Shown here in pieces: positions 1 through 7,888 of a stretch of 24,777 nt of DNA. The notes under the pieces are model-generated. The model made no database searches. It was not told the DNA's origin and saw only the letters and a list, made by a program, of their open reading frames with translations. The DNA comes from Minisyncoccota bacterium (GTDB taxonomy: Bacteria; Patescibacteriota; Minisyncoccia; UBA6257; GWB1-50-10), in assembly GCA_035311565.1 (NCBI GenBank), contig DATGCT010000006.1:1-24777 (forward strand), written 5' to 3'. How positions within the stretch are numbered: position 1 is the stretch's first letter; each line of letters opens with the position of its first letter. A program made the translations under genes and the position numbers.

Positions 1-1
1 T

Positions 2-355
2 TTCACTCTTCCAGCCCGGGGTTGGAACTGGGGTGAGCTTCATTACTATAACGCTATTGATATTGCTGCTGACTGTGGCAAGCCTGTATATGCTGCCGCA
101 GAAGGTTTAGTAATAGAAGAATCTGATGATAATCGTTGGAACGAAGGTTACGGCAACTACCTTTTTATAGAACATCCTAACGGTACCAAAACAAAGTATG
201 CTCACACATTAGAAAACCTAGTCTCTGAAGGAGAGTATGTTTTGCAAGGAGAAGAAATAGCTTCGATAGGTAATACAGGCAACACGGATGGACCAACCGG
301 CTGCCACCTTCATTTTGAAGTTTACGGAGCTCGAAATCCATTTGCTGTAAAATAG
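2..355 (+). CDS. M23-family metallopeptidase, C-terminal part (5' end lies outside the window)
   Basis: My own translation of frame 2: ...LHYYNAIDIAADCGKPVYAAAEG...GYGNYLFIEHPNGTKTKYAH...GNTG...TGCHLHFEV...NPFAVK*. Contains the His..Asp and HxH zinc motifs of M23. Confidence 0.93.
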   Translation, partial: FTLPARGWNWGELHYYNAIDIAADCGKPVYAAAEGLVIEESDDNRWNEGYGNYLFIEHPNGTKTKYAHTLENLVSEGEYVLQGEEIASIGNTGNTDGPTGCHLHFEVYGARNPFAVK

Positions 356-381
356 ATTTAATTCTAAACATATAAAAATAA

Positions 382-410
382 AAACCAGCTGAGACAGCTG
401 GTTTATTTTA
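382..410. terminator. Bidirectional intrinsic terminator between the M23 gene and the tRNA-like RNA
   Basis: AAACCAGCTG-aga-CAGCTGGTTT hairpin with A-rich and T-rich flanks, between convergent units. Confidence 0.8.
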
Positions 411-416
411 TATAAT

Positions 417-552
417 TGGTGGAGCTGGCAGGACTTTAACCTGCACCCCTTGCCTGAAAAAGCAAGTATTCTTTCAATCAGGGTTCCTTTACATTATACA
501 AACTTCTACATTTGTATAACCGGGAACGGCCGACCACTTGAACTACAGCTCC
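417..552 (-). ncRNA. Non-canonical tRNA-like RNA (136 nt) with a large D-loop insertion and an 8-nt anticodon loop
   Basis: Minus strand: acceptor GGAGCTG/CAGCTCC plus A-CCA; T8A9; D stem GTTC/GAAT around a 68-nt loop; anticodon stem CTTGC/GCAAG with loop TTTTTCAG; variable GGGT; T arm GCAGG-TTAAAGT-CCTGC. Confidence 0.75.
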
Positions 553-685
553 TTGTTTTTAATGTACACCTAATTTTTAAGGTCCAGTCTTCCAAGATAA
601 AAACCCGCATAGTACGGGTTTCTTTATACATCCTTCTTAAAAAGAAAAAGCGGCCGATGGGTTTATGAAGAATGTACTAATTACT

Positions 686-713
686 ATTCTATTGATCTAA
701 GATAATTTGTCAA
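686..713 (-). promoter_or_regulatory. Sigma70-type promoter facing the tRNA-like RNA
   Basis: Minus strand TTGACA (713-708) - N16 - TAGAAT (691-686). Confidence 0.6.
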
Positions 714-730
714 ATAATTTATCAACAGAT

Positions 731-759
731 AAAAAATAACCGGTTTAAAACCGGTTATT
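731..759 (-). terminator. Intrinsic terminator of the DksA/TraR gene
   Basis: AATAACCGGTTT/AAACCGGTTATT inverted repeat (735-759) just after the stop codon, followed by a T run on the minus strand. Confidence 0.75.
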
Positions 760-764
760 AACCA

Positions 765-1103
765 TTACTTACTCTTTTTACAGTTTTTACATAACCTTGA
801 TGAAGGGCTAGCTTCTAAAACCTTTTCTTCTATTTCTTTTTCACACTCTTCACATATTCCGTATGTTCCTTCTTTTATCTTTTCTAAAGCTTTATTTATA
901 TCATCCAGGCTCTCTTCCAGACTCATCTTTACATCAATGTAGTTAGCGAACTCTTCGCTTTCGTCTGTCTCTTCGTCTCCGGAATCAACATCATCTCCAA
1001 AATCAAGACCTTCTTTAAGATTTTTCAACTCTTCCTGGATTTGTTTTTTCTCGTTCAATAAATCTTTTTTATACTCCTCTATTTTTTCTTTTGATAATGG
1101 CAT
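765..1103 (-). CDS. DksA/TraR family C4-type zinc finger protein
   Basis: Coiled coil with an acidic tip (DEETDESEE), then ALEKIKEGTYGICEEC...IEEKVLEASP...LCKNC. Confidence 0.9.
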   Translation of the reverse strand: MPLSKEKIEEYKKDLLNEKKQIQEELKNLKEGLDFGDDVDSGDEETDESEEFANYIDVKMSLEESLDDINKALEKIKEGTYGICEECEKEIEEKVLEASPSSRLCKNCKKSK

Positions 1104-1204
1104 ATTTTTATTTATGTTATTCCTCTATAAATTTTATCACATCTAACAAGTCCGGCAAGTATATTTCTTGCGCTTTATTTAATAACTTCATATAGTATAA
1201 AGGT

Positions 1205-2242
1205 ATGAAAATCTTATCCATAGAAACTTCCTGTGACGAAACCGGTCTTTCTCTTATCAGTATTGAAGGAGACCTTTCATCATTGAAAATAAATATATTA
1301 GAAGAATTAGTCGCTACCCAAATAGAGGTGCACCGAGAGTATGGCGGAGTAGTTCCCGGCTTAGCAAGAAGAGAGCATGAAAAAAACTTACCCATCTTGT
1401 TTAACAAGATGAAACCCACAAAGTTAAACCCAGACCTCCTTTCTGTTACGGTAGGCCCCGGGCTTGATCCTTGTCTTTGGAGCGGTATAAATTACACCCA
1501 AAAGATTCATGAAGAATATTTTTCTGATATTCCACTTGTTGGTGTAAATCATCTCGAAGGACATCTTTTTAGTTTTGTTTTGGATGATGAATTTAAGATA
1601 AAAGAAAATAAATACTCAGTAAAAAACATTGAAGAATATTTTCCAGCAATAGGATTGGTGGTAAGTGGAGGACATACCATAATCATTCACATGCGATCTT
1701 TAACAGACTGGGAAATTTTAGGTCAAACAAGAGATGATGCGGTGGGTGAAGCCTTTGATAAGGTAGCTAGACTCATTGATCTTCCGTATCCTGGGGGCCC
1801 TGAAATTGAAAAACTATCCAAAGATTATAACGGAGAAAAACTTAACTTTCCTGAACCGATGATTCACTCCAAGGACTATGATTTCAGCTACTCCGGTCTG
1901 AAGACGCACATCCTCTATCATCTTCGAGATAACCCTGATGAAAATAAATCTGCTGTAGCTTATTCTTTTCAAGAAGCAGCCTTTGCTCCTCTTGTTAAAA
2001 AATGTAAAAAAGCTGTCAGAGAATATGATGCCAACTCCATTCTGCTTTCAGGAGGAGTGGCTGCTAACAATACTTTAAAAAATAAGCTTAAACATTTAAG
2101 TAAAAAATTAAATATTTCTTTTAAGTCAGCTCCTATTAAATACAATACAGACAACGGAACCATAATTGCTATATCTTCGTATATAAACAAGCTTTCAGAT
2201 AAAAAATATAAACTGAAAGCCCAACCCAACCTTGGGTTATAA
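1205..2242 (+). CDS. tsaD: tRNA N6-threonylcarbamoyltransferase TsaD
   Basis: Motifs IETSCDET, YGGVVP, GPGL, NHLEGH, VSGGHT, DDAVGEAFDK, YPGGP, FSYSGLKT, GGVAAN, TDNG. Confidence 0.97.
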   Translation: MKILSIETSCDETGLSLISIEGDLSSLKINILEELVATQIEVHREYGGVVPGLARREHEKNLPILFNKMKPTKLNPDLLSVTVGPGLDPCLWSGINYTQKIHEEYFSDIPLVGVNHLEGHLFSFVLDDEFKIKENKYSVKNIEEYFPAIGLVVSGGHTIIIHMRSLTDWEILGQTRDDAVGEAFDKVARLIDLPYPGGPEIEKLSKDYNGEKLNFPEPMIHSKDYDFSYSGLKTHILYHLRDNPDENKSAVAYSFQEAAFAPLVKKCKKAVREYDANSILLSGGVAANNTLKNKLKHLSKKLNISFKSAPIKYNTDNGTIIAISSYINKLSDKKYKLKAQPNLGL

Positions 2243-2248
2243 CATATA

Positions 2249-2277
2249 TTGACATAAAGCATATTTATTGGTATTAT
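2249..2277 (+). promoter_or_regulatory. Sigma70 promoter with extended -10 for the orphan membrane protein gene
   Basis: TTGACA (2249-2254) - N17 - TATTAT (2272-2277) with TGn; SD AGAGGAGG precedes ATG 2318. Confidence 0.7.
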
Positions 2278-2317
2278 ATAAAATAGCAAACTACAATTAA
2301 ATAGAGGAGGTTTTACC

Positions 2318-2767
2318 ATGAAACGGTATATGCATCACACAGCAATTATTTTTATGATAGGACTTTTTGCAATGCTTGTGATTTTAAACTGGTTGATGCC
2401 GGGAAATTTGAATGACCGGTTAATGCCATATCAGTTCTTAATTATTTTAATGGCTGTTTTATCTTTTACAGCCCTCATTATGTTAATGGCGTCTTCAAAT
2501 TATAAAAAAGAGAGCAATAACTGGTTTAACGAAAAGGATCTGAAACCTGGATCTGTATTTAATGTCGTGAGCAAGTTTGATTCAGGTAACAAAGATGAAG
2601 ATAATAATTACTACATACTCCAAGAAGATAGAGCAGAGTTAGACAGAAAAATGTATCCATACAGAACTGATATTAAAACTTTTCAAATAGGAGACAGACT
2701 CCTTAAAGATTCACATGGAAATATTATTAAAGTTTCCAAAGAAGGCCGTAGAACGGTAGAAATGTAA
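2318..2767 (+). CDS. Hypothetical protein with two N-terminal transmembrane helices and a soluble C-terminal domain
   Basis: 149-aa ORF with its own promoter, strong SD and terminator; two hydrophobic segments at about aa 8-27 and 39-58. Confidence 0.8.
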   Translation: MKRYMHHTAIIFMIGLFAMLVILNWLMPGNLNDRLMPYQFLIILMAVLSFTALIMLMASSNYKKESNNWFNEKDLKPGSVFNVVSKFDSGNKDEDNNYYILQEDRAELDRKMYPYRTDIKTFQIGDRLLKDSHGNIIKVSKEGRRTVEM

Positions 2768-2792
2768 TTACCACCGCCTTCTATTTTTATCC

Positions 2793-2829
2793 AAGAGCTT
2801 ATATTAAATTTAATATAAGCTCTTTTTTT
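2793..2829 (+). terminator. Perfect 32-bp palindrome, likely an intrinsic terminator
   Basis: AAGAGCTTATATTAAA|TTTAATATAAGCTCTT (2793-2824) running into a T tract. Confidence 0.75.
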
Positions 2830-2875
2830 ATATAAAATTTGATATATTACTCAAACTCTTGATAGAATAAGACAC

Positions 2876-5050
2876 ATGGAAAAACGTTTTAATCATAATG
2901 ACGAAGAAGAAAAAATATATAAGGCCTGGGAAGAGGCCGGATATTTTTCACCTGAAGAATGCATTAAGAAAGGTGTTACTGACAAAGAGGCAGAACCTTT
3001 CTCCATGGTTCTTCCTCCTCCTAACGTAACAGGGGATCTTCATATGGGGCACGCTGCCATGCTTGTTATCGAAGATATTATGACCAGGTATCACAGAATG
3101 AAGGGACATAGAACTTTATGGATTCCAGGGACGGACCATGCCGCTATTGCAACCCAGTCAAAGGTGGAATCAAAAATATTTGAAGAAGATAAAAAAACAC
3201 GTCATGACATCGGCCGTGAAGATTTTTTAGAAAAGGTTGATGAATTTGCTAAAAAAAGCCATGACACAATAATCAACCAAGTAAGAGCCATGGGTGCATC
3301 CCTGGATTGGGATAGAGAAGCTTTCACGCTGGATAAAGATCGTGAAAAAGCAGTCCGTACCGCTTTTAAGAAGATGTATAACGATGGCTTAATTTATAGA
3401 GGAGACAGGATTGTAAACTGGTGTCCTAGATGTGGCTCCACTCTTTCTGACGACGAAGTAGAACACAAAGAACGCAATACCAAGCTTTACGAATTTAAAT
3501 ATAACGAAGACTTTCCAATAACCATTGCCACCACCCGGCCTGAAACAAAGCTAGGCGATACAGCCGTAGCTGTTCATCCTGATGATAAACGATATAAAAA
3601 ATATGTAGGTAAGGAATACGATGTGAACTTTGCCGGTCAGAGCCTTCATATAAAAGTAGTTGCCGATAGAAATGTTGATCCTGAGTTTGGAACAGGGGCT
3701 GTTGGAATTACCCCAGCTCACAGCCACGTAGATTGGGAAATAGCTGAAAAAAATGATATCCCTAAAATCCAGATCATCGGCGAAGACGGTAAGATGACAG
3801 ATAAAGCTGGAGACTTTGCCGGCCAGACCGTTAAAAAAACTAGAAAAGAAGTTGTTAAATGGCTTAAAGAAAATGATTTAATAACCAAAGAAGAAGACGC
3901 TCCCCAAAACTTAAGTATCTGCTATCGATGTGATACGCCTGTAGAACCTCTCCCAAAACTTCAGTGGTTCATTGACGTGAACAAAGAATTTAAAATGAAG
4001 CACTCTAAGATAGAAGGGGTAAGCGAAGGAGACAAGACAAGCTTAAAGAAACTCATGATCACCGTCGTAGAAAACTCCCAGATTGATATTATTCCAGAAA
4101 GATTTAAAAAAGTATATTATCACTGGATCGAAAACTTAAGAGACTGGTGTATATCAAGACAAATCTGGTATGGCCACCGTGTTCCTGTCTGGTACAAAGA
4201 TGACGAAACATATGTTGGCCTTGAAAAGCCAGAAGAAGAAGGTTGGAAGCAGGACCCAGATACCCTGGACACCTGGTTTTCATCAAGTTTATGGACCTTT
4301 TCAACCTTAGGTTGGCCCGATAAAACAGAAGATCTAAAGATTTATCACCCTACCTCAGTATTAGAAACAGGATATGACATCCTCTTCTTCTGGGTGGCAA
4401 GAATGATTCTTATGAGCACCTATCTCCTAGGAGAGATACCATTTGAAGATGTATATCTTCATGGATTGGTTCGTGATGAGCAAGGCAGGAAGATGAGCAA
4501 GTCTTTAGGTAATGGTATTGATCCTTTAGAGATGATTGAAAAATATGGAGCAGATGCCACAAGACTCTCATTGATCATAGGGGTCGGCCCAGGAAGTGAT
4601 ATCAACCTTTCCGAAGATAAGGTAAAAGCGTACCGTAACTTTAGTACTAAAATTTGGAATGTTGCCCGGTTCCTCAACATGTCTAAACCAGAAGATTATA
4701 ACCAAGAAGAAGCCAAGCAGCTTTTAACCAAAGACGATAAAAAGGTAATCGAAGAGATGAACGAATTTAAAAAAGAAATTACTAAACATTATGAAAAGTA
4801 TGAGTTTAATCTTGCCGGTGAAAAAACATATGATTACCTTTGGAATGAATTAGCTAACAAACATCTTGAAAACAACAAAGATCGACTAAAAGGAGATGAC
4901 CCTAAAAAAGCAAAAGCGGCTTATTACCTTTTAGAAAAAATGTTATTTGAGTGTCTTAAGATGCTCCACCCGTTTATGCCTTTTGTCACCGAGGCAGTTT
5001 ATCAAAAGTTAGAGTTGGGAGAGAAGATGCTAATGGTTGAAAGTTGGTAA
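2876..5050 (+). CDS. valS: Valine--tRNA ligase, short form lacking the C-terminal coiled-coil arm
   Basis: PPPNVTGDLHMGH, GTDHAAIATQ, ATTRPET, DWCISRQIWYGH, DTWFSS, GYDILFFW, KMSKS; ends shortly after LHPFMPFVTE. Confidence 0.98.
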   Translation: MEKRFNHNDEEEKIYKAWEEAGYFSPEECIKKGVTDKEAEPFSMVLPPPNVTGDLHMGHAAMLVIEDIMTRYHRMKGHRTLWIPGTDHAAIATQSKVESKIFEEDKKTRHDIGREDFLEKVDEFAKKSHDTIINQVRAMGASLDWDREAFTLDKDREKAVRTAFKKMYNDGLIYRGDRIVNWCPRCGSTLSDDEVEHKERNTKLYEFKYNEDFPITIATTRPETKLGDTAVAVHPDDKRYKKYVGKEYDVNFAGQSLHIKVVADRNVDPEFGTGAVGITPAHSHVDWEIAEKNDIPKIQIIGEDGKMTDKAGDFAGQTVKKTRKEVVKWLKENDLITKEEDAPQNLSICYRCDTPVEPLPKLQWFIDVNKEFKMKHSKIEGVSEGDKTSLKKLMITVVENSQIDIIPERFKKVYYHWIENLRDWCISRQIWYGHRVPVWYKDDETYVGLEKPEEEGWKQDPDTLDTWFSSSLWTFSTLGWPDKTEDLKIYHPTSVLETGYDILFFWVARMILMSTYLLGEIPFEDVYLHGLVRDEQGRKMSKSLGNGIDPLEMIEKYGADATRLSLIIGVGPGSDINLSEDKVKAYRNFSTKIWNVARFLNMSKPEDYNQEEAKQLLTKDDKKVIEEMNEFKKEITKHYEKYEFNLAGEKTYDYLWNELANKHLENNKDRLKGDDPKKAKAAYYLLEKMLFECLKMLHPFMPFVTEAVYQKLELGEKMLMVESW

Positions 5051-5081
5051 CAATTATTTAATAAATTATAATTATATACAT

Positions 5082-5774
5082 ATGAGTGCTTTTACATTAA
5101 CAGCAGTTGTGTTCCTTACCCTTTTACCTGGCTTAGCCTGGCTTTTTTTCTTTCTACATGAAGATATTCATCCCGAACCAAAGAGATTGATAGCTTATAC
5201 CTTTGGTTTTGGTGTCTTAGCCAGTATTCCTGTGTTTGCTTTTCAGATTGTTGGCCAATCTCTTATTGCTAAAATATCAGCTGGATTGCCTCTCACTATA
5301 TTATTTTTAGCTTTGGTAGAAGAGGTATTCAAGTTTCTTGCTGCTTACTGGGCTGTAGGGAAAAGCCCTGAGATGGATGAACCTATTGACGCCATGGTTT
5401 ATATGATTGTAGCTGCTCTAGGGTTAGCCACTATTGAAAACTTTTTCATCATCGCCGGTTTCTTAAAGACAGGCGGCTATCAACTGTTTTCAGATTTAAC
5501 CAGTGTTGTAGTTTTAAGATTTGTTGGGGCTACCCTCTTACACGCCCTTTCCTCAGGTCTTCTTGGTTTTTACTGGGCTAAAGGAAAAATGAAACAGAAA
5601 ATAAAAAAGTATATTTTTGTAGGGCTTTGTGTGGCTACTCTAGTTCATTTTGTGTTTAATTATCTTATCTTAATATTCCAGAATCTAGATCTCCTTCTTT
5701 ATCCAAGTCTGTTCTTAATAGGTTCTGCCTTTTTTCTTTTTAAAGATTTTCAAAAGTTAAGACTAAAATCGTAA
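5082..5774 (+). CDS. prsW: PrsW-family glutamic intramembrane protease
   Basis: Multi-TM protein with PEP, VEEVFK, DEPIDAMVY, ATIEN, LHA and HFVFN motifs. Start placed at ATG 5082 rather than 5037, which overlaps valS. Confidence 0.9.
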   Translation: MSAFTLTAVVFLTLLPGLAWLFFFLHEDIHPEPKRLIAYTFGFGVLASIPVFAFQIVGQSLIAKISAGLPLTILFLALVEEVFKFLAAYWAVGKSPEMDEPIDAMVYMIVAALGLATIENFFIIAGFLKTGGYQLFSDLTSVVVLRFVGATLLHALSSGLLGFYWAKGKMKQKIKKYIFVGLCVATLVHFVFNYLILIFQNLDLLLYPSLFLIGSAFFLFKDFQKLRLKS

Positions 5775-5831
5775 AAAATAATTTATTTTGTTATAATAAT
5801 CAAAGTAATCAAAGTTTAATAAAAATAAGTT

Positions 5832-6296
5832 ATGTCAAAAGATAAAGATAAAAAAATAAAAGAAGATGAAGAAGCTTTTGCTGAAATGGCAAAGGCTAAA
5901 GAAGAGTCTGAAGAAATAGAAGTTGATAATGATGAAAAAAAATCGAATGAAGTATTTGAGGGAGAGGGACAGTTAACTGTAGATGTGTATCAGGACGGTG
6001 ATGAAATATTTATTGAATCTACGGTAGCCGGAGTTGACCCATCAGAGTTAGATATAAACATTACAAGCGAGTCAGTTACTATCCGAGGTGAAAGAGAACG
6101 ACAACGGGAAATAGATGACAAGGATTACTTTTACCAAGAATGTTTTTGGGGTACCTTTTCTCGCTCCGTTATTCTTCCTGAGGAAGTTGACCCGGAAAAA
6201 TCTGAGGCAAAAATAACAGACAACGGAGTACTTACAATTCGTTTACCAAAACTAAAGAGGAAAAAACCAAAGAAGGTTGATGTAAAAACTGAGTAA
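5832..6296 (+). CDS. Hsp20/alpha-crystallin small heat-shock protein
   Basis: EGQLTVDVY...VAGV...LDINIT...TIRGER...YQECFWGTFSRSVILP...A...NGVLTIRLPK. Confidence 0.95.
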   Translation: MSKDKDKKIKEDEEAFAEMAKAKEESEEIEVDNDEKKSNEVFEGEGQLTVDVYQDGDEIFIESTVAGVDPSELDINITSESVTIRGERERQREIDDKDYFYQECFWGTFSRSVILPEEVDPEKSEAKITDNGVLTIRLPKLKRKKPKKVDVKTE

Positions 6297-6331
6297 ATAT
6301 TTAAAACCCCGGACGGGGTTTTAAATATTTA
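6294..6331 (+). terminator. Intrinsic terminator after Hsp20
   Basis: TAAATATTTAAAACCCCG-ga-CGGGGTTTTAAATATTTA, 18-bp arms. Confidence 0.8.
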
Positions 6332-6342
6332 TTAACAATTTT

Positions 6343-6705
6343 ATGAGTTTAAACACAAAAATTATTCTTCTTCTAGCTATCCTTGTTTTAATTTTAGGAT
6401 CAATAAGGTTGTTAATTGATTTACCAAAAATCTTTAAAAACAATCCTGACTCTGACAAACCAATCAAAGATAATAGAACAGACAACGTAAATAATAATAT
6501 TCATAACGAGGTTAAGGAAACCAAGCCTAACCAAAGACCTTCTGACTGCCCTGACGCCTGGTATATAAATGAGATGCCTACTTACGGAGAAGAAAAAGTC
6601 TCCAACGAATACTTAATTAAAGATGGTGAACGTCACAATGTATCTGAGTTTGATAAAAGCTGGTTAAAAGATTATTGTAATTTAGAACCCCAAATTCTTT
6701 ATTAA
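6343..6705 (+). CDS. Hypothetical membrane-anchored or exported protein with a two-Cys C-terminal domain
   Basis: N-terminal hydrophobic helix, Asn-rich linker, CPDAWYINEMP...FDKSWLKDYC. Confidence 0.8.
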   Translation: MSLNTKIILLLAILVLILGSIRLLIDLPKIFKNNPDSDKPIKDNRTDNVNNNIHNEVKETKPNQRPSDCPDAWYINEMPTYGEEKVSNEYLIKDGERHNVSEFDKSWLKDYCNLEPQILY

Positions 6706-6728
6706 AATAATAAGATTAAAAAATAATT

Positions 6729-7289
6729 ATGAAAAAAATAACTTCTTTAATAATAATTCTTGCTTTTGTGATTATTGGTTACCTTCTCTTTCAGAAGGTG
6801 AATAAAAATAATAATCCTGAAACCTCTGTTTTTACTTATAACAGCACTACCACAAATAGCAATTTTTCTTTTAATCATCCTAAAACTTGGAAAGAGCCTC
6901 AAATACAAAAATTAGGAACAGTAGAAAAAATAATATTTAATAATGGACTTGTTGTTCAATCTGGCAGAACAAAGAATCAACAGACCGGAGAAATAATGAG
7001 CGTAAAAGAAGCAGCCCAGAATGATCTTGAAACTAATCCGGGTGATCCTTTAATAACCTCAACAACAATAGCAGGTGTTGATGCTCAGCAGGTTGATCTT
7101 ACGATACCAAAAGGCCACATCGGTAAACTTCAAGATGGAAGCCCAATCCCTCCTAAACCAGTTGAGATTACAGACATATTTTTCAGTGAAGATAATAGCA
7201 CCAGTACTCCTGTAATATTTTTACGCTTTTCTCAAAATGCTAAAGAGTACTTAGATTTAATAAAAGAAAGTTTTAAATTTAATAATTAA
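6729..7289 (+). CDS. Hypothetical membrane-anchored or exported protein, possibly PsbP-like fold
   Basis: N-terminal signal/anchor; FSFNHPKTW, TIAGVDA and C-terminal LIKESFKF resemble PsbP-related proteins (by eye). Confidence 0.75.
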   Translation: MKKITSLIIILAFVIIGYLLFQKVNKNNNPETSVFTYNSTTTNSNFSFNHPKTWKEPQIQKLGTVEKIIFNNGLVVQSGRTKNQQTGEIMSVKEAAQNDLETNPGDPLITSTTIAGVDAQQVDLTIPKGHIGKLQDGSPIPPKPVEITDIFFSEDNSTSTPVIFLRFSQNAKEYLDLIKESFKFNN

Positions 7290-7298
7290 TTTAGCAAC

Positions 7299-7330
7299 AA
7301 AAACACCCACTACTAAAGTGGGTGTTTTTT
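7299..7330. terminator. Bidirectional terminator between convergent genes
   Basis: AAAAACACCCACT-actaa-AGTGGGTGTTTTT. Confidence 0.85.
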
Positions 7331-7342
7331 ATTTTATCCAGC

Positions 7343-7879
7343 TTAATTTTCCTTCTTGTATCTCTCTATTGCTTTTTCTATTTCTTCGTATGCTTTTTCT
7401 TTGTCACCCCATTTTTTTATCTCAACTTCTTTTCCTTCTAAGTGTTTATATGCTTCAAAGAAATGAGCTGCTTCTTCTAAGAAATGAGGGTTATATGACT
7501 GGAGGTCTTTTAAGTTTTTTACGTTTTCCATTCTTGTGTTATCAACCTGAACACTAAATATTTTTAGATCTCTTTCTCCTTCATCAAACATCTCCATCAT
7601 TCCAACAGGTCTTGCTCTTACTACACAGCTTGTAAAGGTTGGACCACCTCCTATAACTAATATATCAAGGTGGTCCCCATCCTCTGCTCTAGTTTGCGGT
7701 ATAAAACCATAATCTGCTGGGTAATGAAGAGGAGAATGCAGTACTCTATCTAACTTAAAAACGTCCAGCTCTTCATCGTACTCATATTTATTATGAGTTC
7801 CTTTTGGTATTTCTATAACCGCATTTATTATTTTAGGAGATTTACCACCTAACTTTATCTTATCGAATGAACTAGACAT
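7343..7879 (-). CDS. ppa: Inorganic pyrophosphatase, family I
   Basis: IEIPKG..NKYEYD, LDRVL, YPADYGFIPQT, DGDHLD, FFEAYK.LEGK. Confidence 0.96.
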   Translation of the reverse strand: MSSSFDKIKLGGKSPKIINAVIEIPKGTHNKYEYDEELDVFKLDRVLHSPLHYPADYGFIPQTRAEDGDHLDILVIGGGPTFTSCVVRARPVGMMEMFDEGERDLKIFSVQVDNTRMENVKNLKDLQSYNPHFLEEAAHFFEAYKHLEGKEVEIKKWGDKEKAYEEIEKAIERYKKEN

Positions 7880-7888
7880 GTTTTTGTT

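Noticed and set aside
417..449. tmRNA (ssrA), suggested by the 3' end CAGCTCCACCA
   Set aside because: The matching 5' strand is only 136 nt away, gives A3-U70 rather than G3-U70, has tRNA-type D and anticodon stems, and there is no tag ORF.
454..461. UCA (opal/Sec) anticodon and UGA recoding
   Set aside because: TCA is off-centre in the loop, there is no long variable arm, and the long genes translate intact in code 11 with no in-frame TGA.
450..668. 72-aa ORF on the + strand
   Set aside because: TTG start, no recognisable motif, and antisense to the tRNA-like RNA and its leader.
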